Below, piece after piece: positions 10,125-20,236 of a stretch of 64,000 nucleotides of DNA. The DNA lies in contig CATQGW010000001.1 in NCBI GenBank assembly GCA_958295515.1, positions 580,923 through 644,922 of the forward strand, read 5' to 3'. Under the pieces are notes generated by a model. The model did no database searches and was not told the DNA's origin. It worked only from the letters and a program-made list of their open reading frames with translations. How positions within the stretch are numbered: position 1 is the first letter of the stretch; each line of letters begins with the position of its first letter. The translations under genes and the position numbers were made by a program. This stretch comes from an uncultured Dehalococcoidia bacterium. GTDB taxonomy: Bacteria > Chloroflexota > Dehalococcoidia > Bin125.

Positions 10125-11801
10125 ATGGCAAGCGATCTGCGGCAACGAAGTTCTGTGCTGGTCGACGGGCCCAACCGCGCCGCGGCCCGCTCCCAACTGC
10201 ACTCCGTCGGCTTTATGCCCGAAGACCTGCGCCGCCCCCTGGTGATGGTCGCCCACTCCTGGATCGGCACGATGCCCTGCAACTTCTCACACCGCGAACT
10301 CGCGCAGGACGTGATGCAGGGCGTCCGCGAGGCCGGCGGCACCCCCATGGAAGTCAACACCGTCTCCATCTCCGACGGCATCACGATGGGCACCGAGGGC
10401 ATGAAAGCCTCGCTGATCTCGCGCGAGCTGATCACCGACTCGATCGAGCTCTGCGGCGTCGGCTACGCCTTCGACGCCGCCGTCGTGATCTGCGGCTGCG
10501 ACAAAACCATCCCCGCCGCCGCCATGGCCATGGCCCGGCTCAACATCCCCGCCGTCGCCCTCTACAGCGGCTCGATCGCCCCCGGACGCCACCACGACGG
10601 ACGCGACCTCACCATTCAGGACGTGTTCGAAGCCGTCGGCCAGCACGCCGCGGGCGCCATCGACGACGACGAGCTGGCCGCGATTGAGATGAACGCCTGC
10701 CCCGGCGCGGGCGCCTGCGGCGCGCAGTACACCGCCAACACCATGGCCACCGTGCTCGAATTCCTCGGCCTCTCCCCGATGGGCAGCGCCACCGTCGGCG
10801 CGACCGATTCCCGCAAAGGCGAGGTTGGGCGCGCCGCCGGCCGACTGGTCATGGATGTGCTCGAGCGCGGCGTCCGCCCGCGCGACCTGCTCACCAAAGA
10901 AGCCTTCGAAAACGGCATCGCCTGCGCCGCCTCCACTGGCGGCTCCACCAACGTCGTGCTCCACCTGCTCGCGCTCGCCCGCGAAGCCGGCATCGACCTC
11001 AGCATCGACGATTTCGACCGCGTCTCCGAAGCCACCCCGCTGATCGGCGACCTGCGCCCCGGCGGGCGCTACGTCGCGCTCGATATGGACCGCGCCGGCG
11101 GCACCCCCCTGCTCGCCAGCCGCCTGCTCGAACACGGCAAGCTGCACGGCGACCAAATGACCGTGACCGGCAAAACCATCGCCGAAGCCTGCGCCGACGC
11201 CGAAGAAACACCCGGCCAGGAGGTCATCCTCCCCGTGGAGCGAGCGCTCAAGGACACCGGCGGCCTCGTCATCCTCAAAGGTTCGCTCGCGCCCAACGGC
11301 TGCGTCGTCAAAGTCGCCGGCTACGAGCGCCAGCTACAGAGCGGCCCCGCCCGCGTCTTCGAGCGCGAGGAGGACGCCATGGCCGCCGTCACCGCCGGCC
11401 AGATCGTCGCCGGCGACATCGTCGTGATCCGCTACGAAGGCCCCCGAGGCGGCCCCGGCATGCGCGAAATGCTCGGCGTCACCGCTGCCCTCGTCGGCGC
11501 CGGACTCGGCGAAAGCGTCGCCCTGCTCACCGACGGACGCTTCTCCGGCGCCACCCGCGGCCTGATGGCTGGCCACGTCGCCCCCGAGGCCTACATCGGC
11601 GGCCCCATCGCCCTCGTCCAAGAGGGCGACCAAATCACCCTCGACATCAACAGCCGCCGCCTCGACCTCAACGTCGAAGAAGCCGAACTCGCCCAACGCC
11701 GCGCCGCCTGGAGCCCCCCCTCCCCCAACTACGACCACGGCGTCTTCGCCAAATACGCCCAACTGGTCACTGGCGCCGAACGCGGCGCCGTCACCAGCTG
11801 A
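10125..11801 (+). CDS. ilvD: dihydroxy-acid dehydratase (IlvD/Edd family)
   Basis: ATG at 10125 preceded by GAGGAGGGA RBS. Motifs [17 protein letters not shown] and [11 protein letters not shown], and the C-terminal domain, are typical of IlvD. Confidence 0.9.
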   Translation: MASDLRQRSSVLVDGPNRAAARSQLHSVGFMPEDLRRPLVMVAHSWIGTMPCNFSHRELAQDVMQGVREAGGTPMEVNTVSISDGITMGTEGMKASLISRELITDSIELCGVGYAFDAAVVICGCDKTIPAAAMAMARLNIPAVALYSGSIAPGRHHDGRDLTIQDVFEAVGQHAAGAIDDDELAAIEMNACPGAGACGAQYTANTMATVLEFLGLSPMGSATVGATDSRKGEVGRAAGRLVMDVLERGVRPRDLLTKEAFENGIACAASTGGSTNVVLHLLALAREAGIDLSIDDFDRVSEATPLIGDLRPGGRYVALDMDRAGGTPLLASRLLEHGKLHGDQMTVTGKTIAEACADAEETPGQEVILPVERALKDTGGLVILKGSLAPNGCVVKVAGYERQLQSGPARVFEREEDAMAAVTAGQIVAGDIVVIRYEGPRGGPGMREMLGVTAALVGAGLGESVALLTDGRFSGATRGLMAGHVAPEAYIGGPIALVQEGDQITLDINSRRLDLNVEEAELAQRRAAWSPPSPNYDHGVFAKYAQLVTGAERGAVTS

Positions 11802-11835
11802 CGGCGATAGACTGGCCTCGCACGGGAGTCCCGCC

Positions 11836-13197
11836 ATGATGGACAGCATCACCCTCGAAAATTTCCGCTGCTTCCGCGAACGCCAAACCGCCAGGCTCGC
11901 CCCCCTGACCCTGCTAGTCGGCGAAAACAGCACCGGCAAAACCTCGTTCCTGGCGCTTATCCGAGCACTGGCAGCATTCGCATACACGCAACGCCCCCCC
12001 AACTTCAAGGAGCCGCCGTACGATTTGGGAAGCTTCGACGAAATCGCGCACTATCGCGGCGGCCGAGGTGGACGCGCTGAATCGTTCGAGGCGGCGTTCA
12101 CTGCGCGACAGCTTCGCCGCCGTCGGTCGCAATCGAAAGATTTCTACGAATTCGCCGTCACGTTCGCCGAACGCGGTACCGCGCCTGCTCCGGTCCGCCG
12201 GCGCATAGCTGTAGGCGACGCTTGGGTCGAGGACGCACTGGATGCCGTAAGCGGTTACTCAGTTCGGTTTGGGACCAAAAGAGGCGCATGGGTGGCGACC
12301 GACTCCAATGATCTGCGAACGCCGATCGATCTCGGTGAGCAGATGTACATGTACCTTGCTCTCGATCGGGCGTTGGACCTGGTACCTCTCGACTCACATA
12401 ACCAAGACAGCATCGAGATCAAGCCTGTCGACGGATCGCCAGCGATGAATAGCGACGATCTGACACTACTAGAGCCGATCAGATCATACATTATCCGGTT
12501 GGTTGGTCCCCGACCGTTCGCGAGCGCACCTGTGCGTTCCAAACCGGAACGTACTTATAACCCTGCGCGTCTTGACCGTGACCCTGATGGTGACTATGTG
12601 CCGATGTACCTCGCGGACCTCCGGTGGCAACAGAAAGAAGCATGGGACACGCTGAAGAGCCGCATTGACGAGTTCGGCCGTACAGCTGGCCTCTTCGACG
12701 AACTCTCTATACGCCCGCTGGGAACCAAAGCAAGCGAGCCTTTCCAGGTCCAAGTACGGAAGGGCGACGGAAGCTTGAAAGGCCCTCGTCGCAATCTGCT
12801 GGACGTTGGCTATGGTGTGAGTCAGGTACTGCCTATAGTGACAGAGCTGCTTCGGCCGGACGCCGCAGATCAACACCTGCTCCAACAACCAGAGGTCCAC
12901 CTCCACCCCAGCGCTCAAGCCGCCTTGGGCACGTTGTTCTGCCAAGTCGCCGCCTCCGGTCGGCAACTCATCGTCGAAACGCACAGCGATCACCTGATCG
13001 ACCGCGTGCGGATGGACGTGCGGGACAGAACCACCAGCCTCAAACCCGAAGATGTCTCGCTGCTCTACTTCGAGCGAACCGGCTTGGACGTCTGCATCCA
13101 CTCCCTCCGCTTCGACAAACTGGGCAACGTCCTCAACGCCCCGCCGGGCTATCGCCAGTTCTTCCTCAAAGAGGTCAACAGATCATTGGGCCTCTGA
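11836..13197 (+). CDS. ABC/OLD-type AAA ATPase (AAA_21-like with DUF3696-like C-terminal tail)
   Basis: Walker A GENSTGKTS near the N-terminus. C-terminal ABC-ATPase D-loop/H-loop QLIVETHSDHLIDR. ~60-aa C-terminal extension. Lower GC than flanking genes. Confidence 0.75.
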   Translation: MMDSITLENFRCFRERQTARLAPLTLLVGENSTGKTSFLALIRALAAFAYTQRPPNFKEPPYDLGSFDEIAHYRGGRGGRAESFEAAFTARQLRRRRSQSKDFYEFAVTFAERGTAPAPVRRRIAVGDAWVEDALDAVSGYSVRFGTKRGAWVATDSNDLRTPIDLGEQMYMYLALDRALDLVPLDSHNQDSIEIKPVDGSPAMNSDDLTLLEPIRSYIIRLVGPRPFASAPVRSKPERTYNPARLDRDPDGDYVPMYLADLRWQQKEAWDTLKSRIDEFGRTAGLFDELSIRPLGTKASEPFQVQVRKGDGSLKGPRRNLLDVGYGVSQVLPIVTELLRPDAADQHLLQQPEVHLHPSAQAALGTLFCQVAASGRQLIVETHSDHLIDRVRMDVRDRTTSLKPEDVSLLYFERTGLDVCIHSLRFDKLGNVLNAPPGYRQFFLKEVNRSLGL

Positions 13198-13200
13198 CGA

Positions 13201-13686
13201 ATGTGCGCCATCGTAGACGCCGATAGTTCGGGAGAGATTGCCGCTGTGAACCCGTCAGCTGGCGCTCAAGCGTTCAAAGAGTGGATTGCAGGTGGTCAGT
13301 GTTGCTTGGTCATCGGCGGCAGCCGCCTGCGAAAAGAGCTTGGACGCGGCTTCACCGATCCCGAGCGTGCGAAGCAGACGACCGTCACGGAATGGATTTC
13401 GGGAGTTGCGCTCGCCGGGAAGCTGATCAGCGAAGATGACGCCGAGGTCGACGCCCGCGCTGATCAGATCGAGCAATCGGGATTGTGCGCGTCGAACGAC
13501 TTTCACATCATCGCGCTCGCTCAGGTCGCCGGCGCGCGGATGCTGTATTCCAGAGATGCAGAGTTGCATCAGGACTTCACGAATACCGCGCTTCTGTCCC
13601 AACCTTCCGGCAAGGTGTATCCACGAAACTTGAGCCTGTCGGCGAGCAAGCAGTGGCTCGCCCGCAATCGCAGGTTCTACAGCTGA
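13201..13686 (+). CDS. PIN-like domain protein (putative nuclease partner of the ATPase)
   Basis: 161 aa starting 4 bp after the ATPase stop. N-terminal AIVDADS (β1 with acidic residue). C-terminal SNDFHIIALAQVAGARMLYSRDAELHQDF resembles the PIN/VapC D-x-iaA-A-…-T-D-DF signature. Confidence 0.5.
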   Translation: MCAIVDADSSGEIAAVNPSAGAQAFKEWIAGGQCCLVIGGSRLRKELGRGFTDPERAKQTTVTEWISGVALAGKLISEDDAEVDARADQIEQSGLCASNDFHIIALAQVAGARMLYSRDAELHQDFTNTALLSQPSGKVYPRNLSLSASKQWLARNRRFYS

Positions 13687-15080
13687 CCGTCGCCGCCTAA
13701 CACCTCCGGACGCATCCGGCACCAATCCGTCGACTGCTCATACGCATGCGCCACCCGACACACCGTCGCCTCGTCGAAATGCCGACCACCGATCATCAAC
13801 CCAATCGGCAGACCATTCCGATCAAACCCGCACGGAATCGAAATCGCCGGAATCCCCGTCACATCATACGGAGCCGTCAGACGCGCCAACTCCGCGTCAT
13901 CGTCCCCCTCCTCGATCGTCGGCGCAGTGCGCGATGTCGTCGGCGACACCAACACATCCACCGTTTGCAGCACCTCCACCGTCTCATCGATGAACAGCCG
14001 ACGCAGCCGCTGATCATTGATGTAGTCCACCGCCGTCACCGCCAGCCCCGCCTCCACGCGCGGCAGAATATCGCCGTACTCCTCGCGCCGCTCACGCAGC
14101 CACTTCGCGTGATACGCCGCCGCCTCCGCGATAATCGTCATCCCCCGCCCGCGATCCGTCTGCAGCGGCAGCTCCACCTCCACGATCTCCGCACCCAGCC
14201 GCCGCAAATGATCCAGCGCCTCCTCGCAGTGCGACAGCACATCCTCCTCGCAGTTCTTCCACAGCATCTTGCGCGGAACCCCAACCCGCACGCCCTCAAC
14301 GCCTTCGCCCAGCATCCCCGTCGTATCGTCCACCGCCCGGTCCGCCGAGCCCGGATCGTGCGGATCGTAACCCGCGATCGTGTCCAGAAACAGCGCCGCA
14401 TCCTCCACCGTCCGCGCCAGCGGCCCCACGTGATCCAGCGTCCATGACAGCGGCAGCACCCCCGCCCGCGACACCCGCCCGTACGTTCCCATCAACCCCA
14501 CCACACCGCACAGCGACGCGGGAATCCGAATACTCCCGCCCGTATCGCTGCCAATCGCCCCCAGCGCCGAACCCACCGCCACCGCCGCCCCGCTGCCCCC
14601 GCTCGAACCGCCCGGCGAGCGCTCCGTATCCCACGGATTGCATACTGCCCCATAGTGCGGATTACGGCTCGTCGTGCCGAACGCAAACTCATGCAAGTTC
14701 AGCTTGCCCGGCAGCACCGCGCCCGCCTCTTGCAACTTCGTCCACACCGTCGCATCCCGCTCCGGCACCCGCTCGCGCAGAAATCCCGAACCCCCCGTCG
14801 TCGCGATCCCCGCCGTATCCACCAAGTCCTTCAGCCCAATCGGAATCCCGTGCAGCGGCCCTCGCTCGCGTCCATCGCGCAGCTCCTCATCCAGCCGCGC
14901 CGCCTGCTCCCGCGCCAACTCCGCCGTCACCGTGATGTAGGCGTTGAGCAGCGGCTCCGTCTCCTCCAGACGCTCCAGCACCGACTCCGTCAGCGCCGCG
15001 CAGGTCAGTGCGCCGCCCCGCAGCGCCGCACCCGCCTCCGCAATCGTCAGATCGTGCGGATGCCGTTCAAGCTCAGTCAT
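13677..15080 (-). CDS. amidase (amidase-signature family, GatA-like)
   Basis: GGSSGGSGAAVA amidase signature and a Ser-cisSer-Lys context. Start chosen at MTELERH (cat at 15078-15080). Confidence 0.85.
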   Translation of the reverse strand: MTELERHPHDLTIAEAGAALRGGALTCAALTESVLERLEETEPLLNAYITVTAELAREQAARLDEELRDGRERGPLHGIPIGLKDLVDTAGIATTGGSGFLRERVPERDATVWTKLQEAGAVLPGKLNLHEFAFGTTSRNPHYGAVCNPWDTERSPGGSSGGSGAAVAVGSALGAIGSDTGGSIRIPASLCGVVGLMGTYGRVSRAGVLPLSWTLDHVGPLARTVEDAALFLDTIAGYDPHDPGSADRAVDDTTGMLGEGVEGVRVGVPRKMLWKNCEEDVLSHCEEALDHLRRLGAEIVEVELPLQTDRGRGMTIIAEAAAYHAKWLRERREEYGDILPRVEAGLAVTAVDYINDQRLRRLFIDETVEVLQTVDVLVSPTTSRTAPTIEEGDDDAELARLTAPYDVTGIPAISIPCGFDRNGLPIGLMIGGRHFDEATVCRVAHAYEQSTDWCRMRPEVLGGDGQL

Positions 15081-15324
15081 CTGCGCCCCGCTCTCCGCGC
15101 GCCTCGCCCACATCGAAGCGCAGCCCGAACGCCGGCTCCGTCTCCCCCAAGTCGGGCAGCTCCGGGCGGTTCATCTCACTCCGCAGCGCCGCCGCCACGA
15201 CCGTCGCCGTTCGCTCCAGCTGCGCATATTTCGGCGACACCCCCAGCGCGTCCGCCGCCGCGCGCAGCGCATCCCGCAACGTATCCGTCTGAGCCATTGC
15301 CCCACTCCTCTCGCCGCGCGCCAA
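15073..15324 (-). CDS. small GatC/AtzG-like protein (DUF4089-like), translationally coupled to the amidase
   Basis: ~75-83 aa ORF whose TGA overlaps the amidase ATG (ATGA). Small soluble protein immediately upstream of an AS-family amidase, as for AtzG/GatC partners. Start ambiguous (15324 or 15297). Confidence 0.4.
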   Translation of the reverse strand: MARGERSGAMAQTDTLRDALRAAADALGVSPKYAQLERTATVVAAALRSEMNRPELPDLGETEPAFGLRFDVGEARGERGADD

Positions 15325-15432
15325 TTCTAGAGAGTGCCGAGCAGCCGCACACGCGGGCTATCCTGCCATCAGACAGTTCCACCAGACAGTCCCGGCGGGC
15401 ATGCCCGCCGAGACAGCCCGAAAGGCGAAACC

Positions 15433-16218
15433 ATGGCCGACGAAGTCCTCTTTGACGTCAACGAGCGGGTGGCCACCATCACCCTCAACCGCCCCGACAA
15501 ACTCAACGCCATTGACGCCGCGCTCGGCTCGCAGCTGATCGAGTCGCTCGTCGAAGTCCGCAACAACGACGACATCCGCGCCGCCGTGATCACCGGCGCC
15601 GGCCGCGCCTTCTGCGCTGGCGCCGACCTCACCCAGGGCGACGGCCCCGCCGCCTCCGCCGGACCCGCCGGACACTTCGAAACCTCGCAGCGCATCCGCT
15701 TCGACGAGTTCGACGCCAAAAAGCCCCTGATCGCCGCGATCAACGGACACGCCCTCGGCGGCGGCTTCGAAATCGCCCTGATCTGCGACCTGCGGATCGG
15801 CGCCGACAACGCCCGCGCGCGCCTCGGCCTGCCCGAAATCACCCTCGGCTTCTTCCCCCTCGCCGGCGGCCCCATGCGCCTCCCCCGCGCCATCCCCCAG
15901 GCCTACGCCAACGAAATGCTCTTCCTCGGACGCCGCCTCGACATGCAGACCGCCCTCCAGTGGGGCCTAATCTCCCGCCTCGTCCCGCCCGACGAGCTGC
16001 TCCCCACCGCCCAGGAAATGGCCGCCCAAATCGCCGGCTACGCCCCCATCGCCGTCCGCGCGCTCAAAGAACTCACCTACGCCCAGACCGACATGACGCT
16101 CGACCAGGCCAACCGCTTCGGCGCCTCCCTGCGCTGGATCGTCGGCCAAACCGCCGACTCCAAAGAAGGCCCCCGCGCCTTCGCCGAAGGTCGCCAACCC
16201 GAATTCAAAGGCGAGTAG
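15433..16218 (+). CDS. enoyl-CoA hydratase/isomerase (crotonase family)
   Basis: MADEVLFDVNERVATITLNRPDKLNA… with oxyanion-hole GAGRAFCAGADL. ATG at 15433. Confidence 0.85.
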   Translation: MADEVLFDVNERVATITLNRPDKLNAIDAALGSQLIESLVEVRNNDDIRAAVITGAGRAFCAGADLTQGDGPAASAGPAGHFETSQRIRFDEFDAKKPLIAAINGHALGGGFEIALICDLRIGADNARARLGLPEITLGFFPLAGGPMRLPRAIPQAYANEMLFLGRRLDMQTALQWGLISRLVPPDELLPTAQEMAAQIAGYAPIAVRALKELTYAQTDMTLDQANRFGASLRWIVGQTADSKEGPRAFAEGRQPEFKGE

Positions 16219-16222
16219 CGCA

Positions 16223-17413
16223 GTGCCCGCCGGCCTCCCCCTCAACGGCCTCTTCGTCCTCGACCTCACCCGCGCACGCGCCGGGCCCACCGCTACCCGC
16301 CAACTCGGCGACTGGGGCGCCGACGTGCTCAAAGTCGAAGCGCCCGCACCGCCCGGCTCCCCCGAAGGCGTCACCGGCGGACGCGAGTCCAGCGACTTCC
16401 TCAACCTGCACCGCAACAAACGCTCCCTCTCGCTCAACCTCAAAGAACCCGAAGCGCGCGACATCTTCCTCCGCCTCGCCGCCGACGCCGATGTCATCGT
16501 CGAAAACTACCGCCCCGACGTCAAATATCGGCTCGGCGTCGATTACGAAACCGTACGCGCAATCAACCCCCGCATCATCTACGGCAGCATCTCCGGCTTC
16601 GGGCAGGACGGACCATACGCAAAGCGCCCCGGCGTCGACCAGATCGCCCAGGGCTTGGGCGGCATCATGTCCGTCAACGGACTGCCCGGCGACGGCCCCG
16701 TGCGCGTCGGCATCCCCATCGCCGACCTCACCGCCGGCGGCTTCCTCGCCCAGGCCATCCTGCTCGCGCTCTACGAACGCGAACAGTCCGGCGAAGGCCA
16801 GTGGGTATACACCTCCCTGCTCGAAGCGCAGCTCGCCATGCTCGATCTACAGGCCACCCGCTGGCTGATCGACGGCGAAACACCCCCCCAGGCCGGCAAC
16901 GACCACCCCACCCTGATGCCCACCGGCGTCTACCAAACCGCCGACGGACACATCAACATCGCCGCCTCCGGCGGAGACATCTACGCCCGCCTCTGCCGCG
17001 CGCTCGACGCCCCCGAACTGATCGACCACCCCGACTACGCAACCTCCGCCCTGCGCTCCCGCAACCGCGCCGCGCTCAACGAAGAAATCGCCCGCCGCAC
17101 CCGCCGACGCTCCAGCGCCGAATGGATCGCCGCCCTCAACGACGCCGGCGTGCCCTGCGGACCGATCTACGACATCCCCGCCGCCTTCGCCGACCAACAG
17201 GTGCAACACCTCGCCATCGACCGCCCCGTCGCGCACCGCGAGCGCGGCGAAATCCGCGTCGTCGGCCAGCCCATCCACCTCCGGCGCACCCCGCAGCCCG
17301 AGCGCATGCGCCTGCCCACCCCACAACTCGGAGAACATACCGACGAAGTGCTCGCACAACTCGGTTACGACAACGACGCCATCGCCGACCTGCGCAAGCG
17401 CGGCGTAATCTGA
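16223..17413 (+). CDS. CoA transferase, family III (CaiB/BaiF)
   Basis: LNGLFVLDLTRARAGP…LGDWGADVLKVE N-terminal signature, ~396 aa. Confidence 0.85.
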   Translation: MPAGLPLNGLFVLDLTRARAGPTATRQLGDWGADVLKVEAPAPPGSPEGVTGGRESSDFLNLHRNKRSLSLNLKEPEARDIFLRLAADADVIVENYRPDVKYRLGVDYETVRAINPRIIYGSISGFGQDGPYAKRPGVDQIAQGLGGIMSVNGLPGDGPVRVGIPIADLTAGGFLAQAILLALYEREQSGEGQWVYTSLLEAQLAMLDLQATRWLIDGETPPQAGNDHPTLMPTGVYQTADGHINIAASGGDIYARLCRALDAPELIDHPDYATSALRSRNRAALNEEIARRTRRRSSAEWIAALNDAGVPCGPIYDIPAAFADQQVQHLAIDRPVAHRERGEIRVVGQPIHLRRTPQPERMRLPTPQLGEHTDEVLAQLGYDNDAIADLRKRGVI

Positions 17414-17423
17414 GGAGCATCGA

Positions 17424-18227
17424 ATGAACACCATCGAACTCGAAACCGAAAAAATGCTCGCCTGGAGCGAAGACGGCATCGGCTGGATGGTCTTCAACAA
17501 CCCCGAACGCCTCAACGCCATGGGCGTCGAAATGAACGCCGCCATCCCCACCATCCTGCACACCTTCCGCGACGACCCCGATGTGCGCGTCGTCGTCATG
17601 AAAGGCGCCGGCGAACGCGCCTTCGTCTCCGGCGCCGACATCTCCGAATTCGAATCGCGCCGCTCCGACCCTGAAACCATCAAACAGTACGACGAAATCG
17701 GCGCCGCCGCCGGTCGCGCCTACGGCGAACTCGACAAACCCCTGATCGCCATGATCCGCGGCTACTGCATGGGCGGCGGACTGCTCACCGCACTCCGCGC
17801 CGACCTCCGCATCGCCTCCGACAACTCCCAATTCGGCGTCCCCGCCGCACGCCTCGGCCTCGGCTACGGCTACGGCGGCGTCAAAACCCTCACCGACCTC
17901 GTCGGGCGCGCCGCCGCCCAGGAAATACTCATCACCGGCAAGCGCTTCCCCGCCGCCGACGCCATGCGCTGGGGCCTCGTCAACCGCGTCACCACCGTCG
18001 AAAACCTCGAAGCCGCCGTGCTCGAGCTCGCCGCCACCATCGCCGCCAACGCCCCCCTCACCATCCGCGCCATCCGCTACGCCATCGACCAGCTCGCCAA
18101 AGACCCCAATTCCCGCAACCTCCCCCACCTAGAAACTCTGGTCAACGCCTGCTTCAACAGCCAGGACTACAAAGAAGGCCGCACCGCCTTCATGCAAAAA
18201 CGCCCCCCCAACTTCACCGGCCGCTAG
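17424..18227 (+). CDS. enoyl-CoA hydratase/isomerase (crotonase family)
   Basis: …MVFNNPERLNAM… and GAGERAFVSGADI, 267 aa. Confidence 0.85.
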   Translation: MNTIELETEKMLAWSEDGIGWMVFNNPERLNAMGVEMNAAIPTILHTFRDDPDVRVVVMKGAGERAFVSGADISEFESRRSDPETIKQYDEIGAAAGRAYGELDKPLIAMIRGYCMGGGLLTALRADLRIASDNSQFGVPAARLGLGYGYGGVKTLTDLVGRAAAQEILITGKRFPAADAMRWGLVNRVTTVENLEAAVLELAATIAANAPLTIRAIRYAIDQLAKDPNSRNLPHLETLVNACFNSQDYKEGRTAFMQKRPPNFTGR

Positions 18228-18238
18228 AGGACGATCTG

Positions 18239-20236
18239 ATGACTCACCCTCCGCAATGGCGATTCCGTAAAATGTCACCCGCCGAGATCAACCAGGATCC
18301 GGTGCAGGGAGAGTTCTTCACCTCCACGTCTGATCTCGCTGAGCGCCTTGTCCGAGAGTCGATACAAAACTCGCTCGACGCTGCTCTCGGCGATGGTCCG
18401 GTCCGAGTTCGGTTCGCCTTCAGCGGTGCGGAACAGGCTTTGCCCGCTGAGCAAGCCGCACGCTACCTCGATGGCTTGAAGGCGCATCTCGAGGCAGTCG
18501 CGTTGTCGGATGCCGACAAGCCGTCAGTAGATGTCGATCACGAAGACGCTGCGGTTTATGACGCCTACGACTTGGTCGACCAACGGGTGCCAATGACCTA
18601 TTTGGTCGTCGAAGACTTGGGAACAAAGGGACTGACCGGCGACATCAGGAGCAACACCGAGTTCGAGAAAGGAAACCGCTTTTGGGGGTTCTTCCGCAGT
18701 GTCGGCATCTCACCCAACGTCGGCGGGACAGGCGGCTCGTGGGGCCTCGGCAAGTGGGTCTTCCCCGATGTCTCGCAGATCAATGCCTATCTCGGCATCA
18801 CCCGCCGTTCGGATGAGCAACGTGACCTGCTCATGGGCATGGCGATCCTCAAGACGCACCAAATCGACAACAAGAAGTACCCTCCCTACGGTCAGTTCGC
18901 GATTCGCTCTGATGAACAGGACGCCCGCTGGCTTCCATTGCCGATCGACTCCGACGAGGATCCTGACAACATCCTCGACACTGCGATCGACGATTTCCGC
19001 CTCCAGCGGCGCGACAGCTCTGGACTCTCAGTGGTCATCCCTTGGCCAAAAGAAGAACTGAACGCCAACGCGACCGTTCGCGCTGTATTGACGCAGTACT
19101 TCCTGCCGATTGTGTACGGCGATCTTGAAGTCGAGGTCGTCGCCGACGGCGAGACACAGCGAGTTAATCGTGAGTCAATCGTCGATGCGGCGCTCTGTAT
19201 CGACATATCGGAGCGCGACGACGAGTCTGCTCAGTCTTTGGTCAAAGCGATCGACCTTGCGTGCTGGGCAAGAGGTGAGGACGAGGAATCGCTGATTGAC
19301 GTCAAAGCCACGACGAGCCGCGACATTCTGGCAGGACAGGACATCGAATCACTGAGAGAACGCTTCGATCGCGGCGACCGTCTCGGTTTTCGCTTGTCGA
19401 CGAACGTGACTGACCGGAAGACAGGCGAGCCCGTAGTCAACACTTTCCGCGTCTATGTCGAGCAGGACGAGGATTTGACCCACGGCCACGACTATTTCGT
19501 GCGCGGCTACCTCCGCATACCTCACATGGATCACATCGGCTCGTTCCGCGCGCGAGCACTCGTGCTGGTTGATCGAGAGTCGAAGCTGGGCGATCTGCTG
19601 CGGGATGCCGAAGGTCCGGCTCACGTCTCGTGGGATCCTCACGCCGAGCGTCTCAAGAAGCGTTGGATCGGTGGATACGAACGTGTCCAGCAAGTTCGTC
19701 GCGCTGCTCTGCTGTTGCTCGGACCGCTCGCCGAAGTGCCGCGTGAGCGCCTCAAAAACCTACTCGCCGACCTCTTTCCCGCACCGTTGGGCGGAGGCGG
19801 CAATGGCCCACACCCGCCACCACCGCCGCCACCACCGCCACCACCGCCACCTGTAGTCAATCCCATCTCCATCAGTGAACTGAAGGATGGGTTTCGTATA
19901 CGCTCTGATTCGTCGAACCCTGCATCGCAGGCACTCGCTGGCACGAGTTGGCGTGTCGCGTTCGCGTACGATGTAGCGCGCGGCGGGCAGCGTGCCGCTT
20001 TCAACAGCTTTCGACAGGGCGTGAAGCAGGGCTCGCCCGACTTCAGCCTTTTCCGAGGCGCGCTCAGTATCACGTGTGAGGGATGCCTATACAAGATCAG
20101 GTCGGAGAACGAAATTGAGATCACAGTCACGAGGAACGACTTCCATCTCGGCGTACGCGGTCTTGATGCACGGGACGTGATCGTTGACCTACACCAACGA
20201 TCCGACGACGACGACACAGAGGATGATGAAGAATGA
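18239..20236 (+). CDS. GHKL (Bergerat-fold, HATPase_c/MORC-like) ATPase with C-terminal domain and poly-proline linker
   Basis: N-box ESIQNSLDAA, G1 box VEDLGTKGLTGD, G2-like GGTGGSWGLGKW. 665 aa. 13-Pro run. Acidic C-terminus. Lower GC than neighbours. First gene of a 3-gene overlapping operon. Confidence 0.7.
   Translation: MTHPPQWRFRKMSPAEINQDPVQGEFFTSTSDLAERLVRESIQNSLDAALGDGPVRVRFAFSGAEQALPAEQAARYLDGLKAHLEAVALSDADKPSVDVDHEDAAVYDAYDLVDQRVPMTYLVVEDLGTKGLTGDIRSNTEFEKGNRFWGFFRSVGISPNVGGTGGSWGLGKWVFPDVSQINAYLGITRRSDEQRDLLMGMAILKTHQIDNKKYPPYGQFAIRSDEQDARWLPLPIDSDEDPDNILDTAIDDFRLQRRDSSGLSVVIPWPKEELNANATVRAVLTQYFLPIVYGDLEVEVVADGETQRVNRESIVDAALCIDISERDDESAQSLVKAIDLACWARGEDEESLIDVKATTSRDILAGQDIESLRERFDRGDRLGFRLSTNVTDRKTGEPVVNTFRVYVEQDEDLTHGHDYFVRGYLRIPHMDHIGSFRARALVLVDRESKLGDLLRDAEGPAHVSWDPHAERLKKRWIGGYERVQQVRRAALLLLGPLAEVPRERLKNLLADLFPAPLGGGGNGPHPPPPPPPPPPPPPVVNPISISELKDGFRIRSDSSNPASQALAGTSWRVAFAYDVARGGQRAAFNSFRQGVKQGSPDFSLFRGALSITCEGCLYKIRSENEIEITVTRNDFHLGVRGLDARDVIVDLHQRSDDDDTEDDEE
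19814..19852 (+). repeat. CCR trinucleotide (poly-proline-encoding) tract inside GHKL ATPase gene
   Basis: 13 consecutive Pro codons (ccg/cca alternating, final cct), encoding HPPPPPPPPPPPPP between the two halves of the GHKL protein. Confidence 0.8.

Noticed and set aside
10287-11156. 289-aa minus-strand ORF inside ilvD
   Set aside because: Gly/Ala/Asp-rich antisense shadow. ilvD homology on the + strand is unambiguous.
12484-13101. 205-aa minus-strand ORF inside AAA ATPase gene
   Set aside because: Antisense. The + strand has Walker A and H-loop motifs in correct order.
17136-18128. 330-aa minus-strand Gly-rich ORF
   Set aside because: Antisense to crotonase / CoA-transferase genes. Composition artefact.
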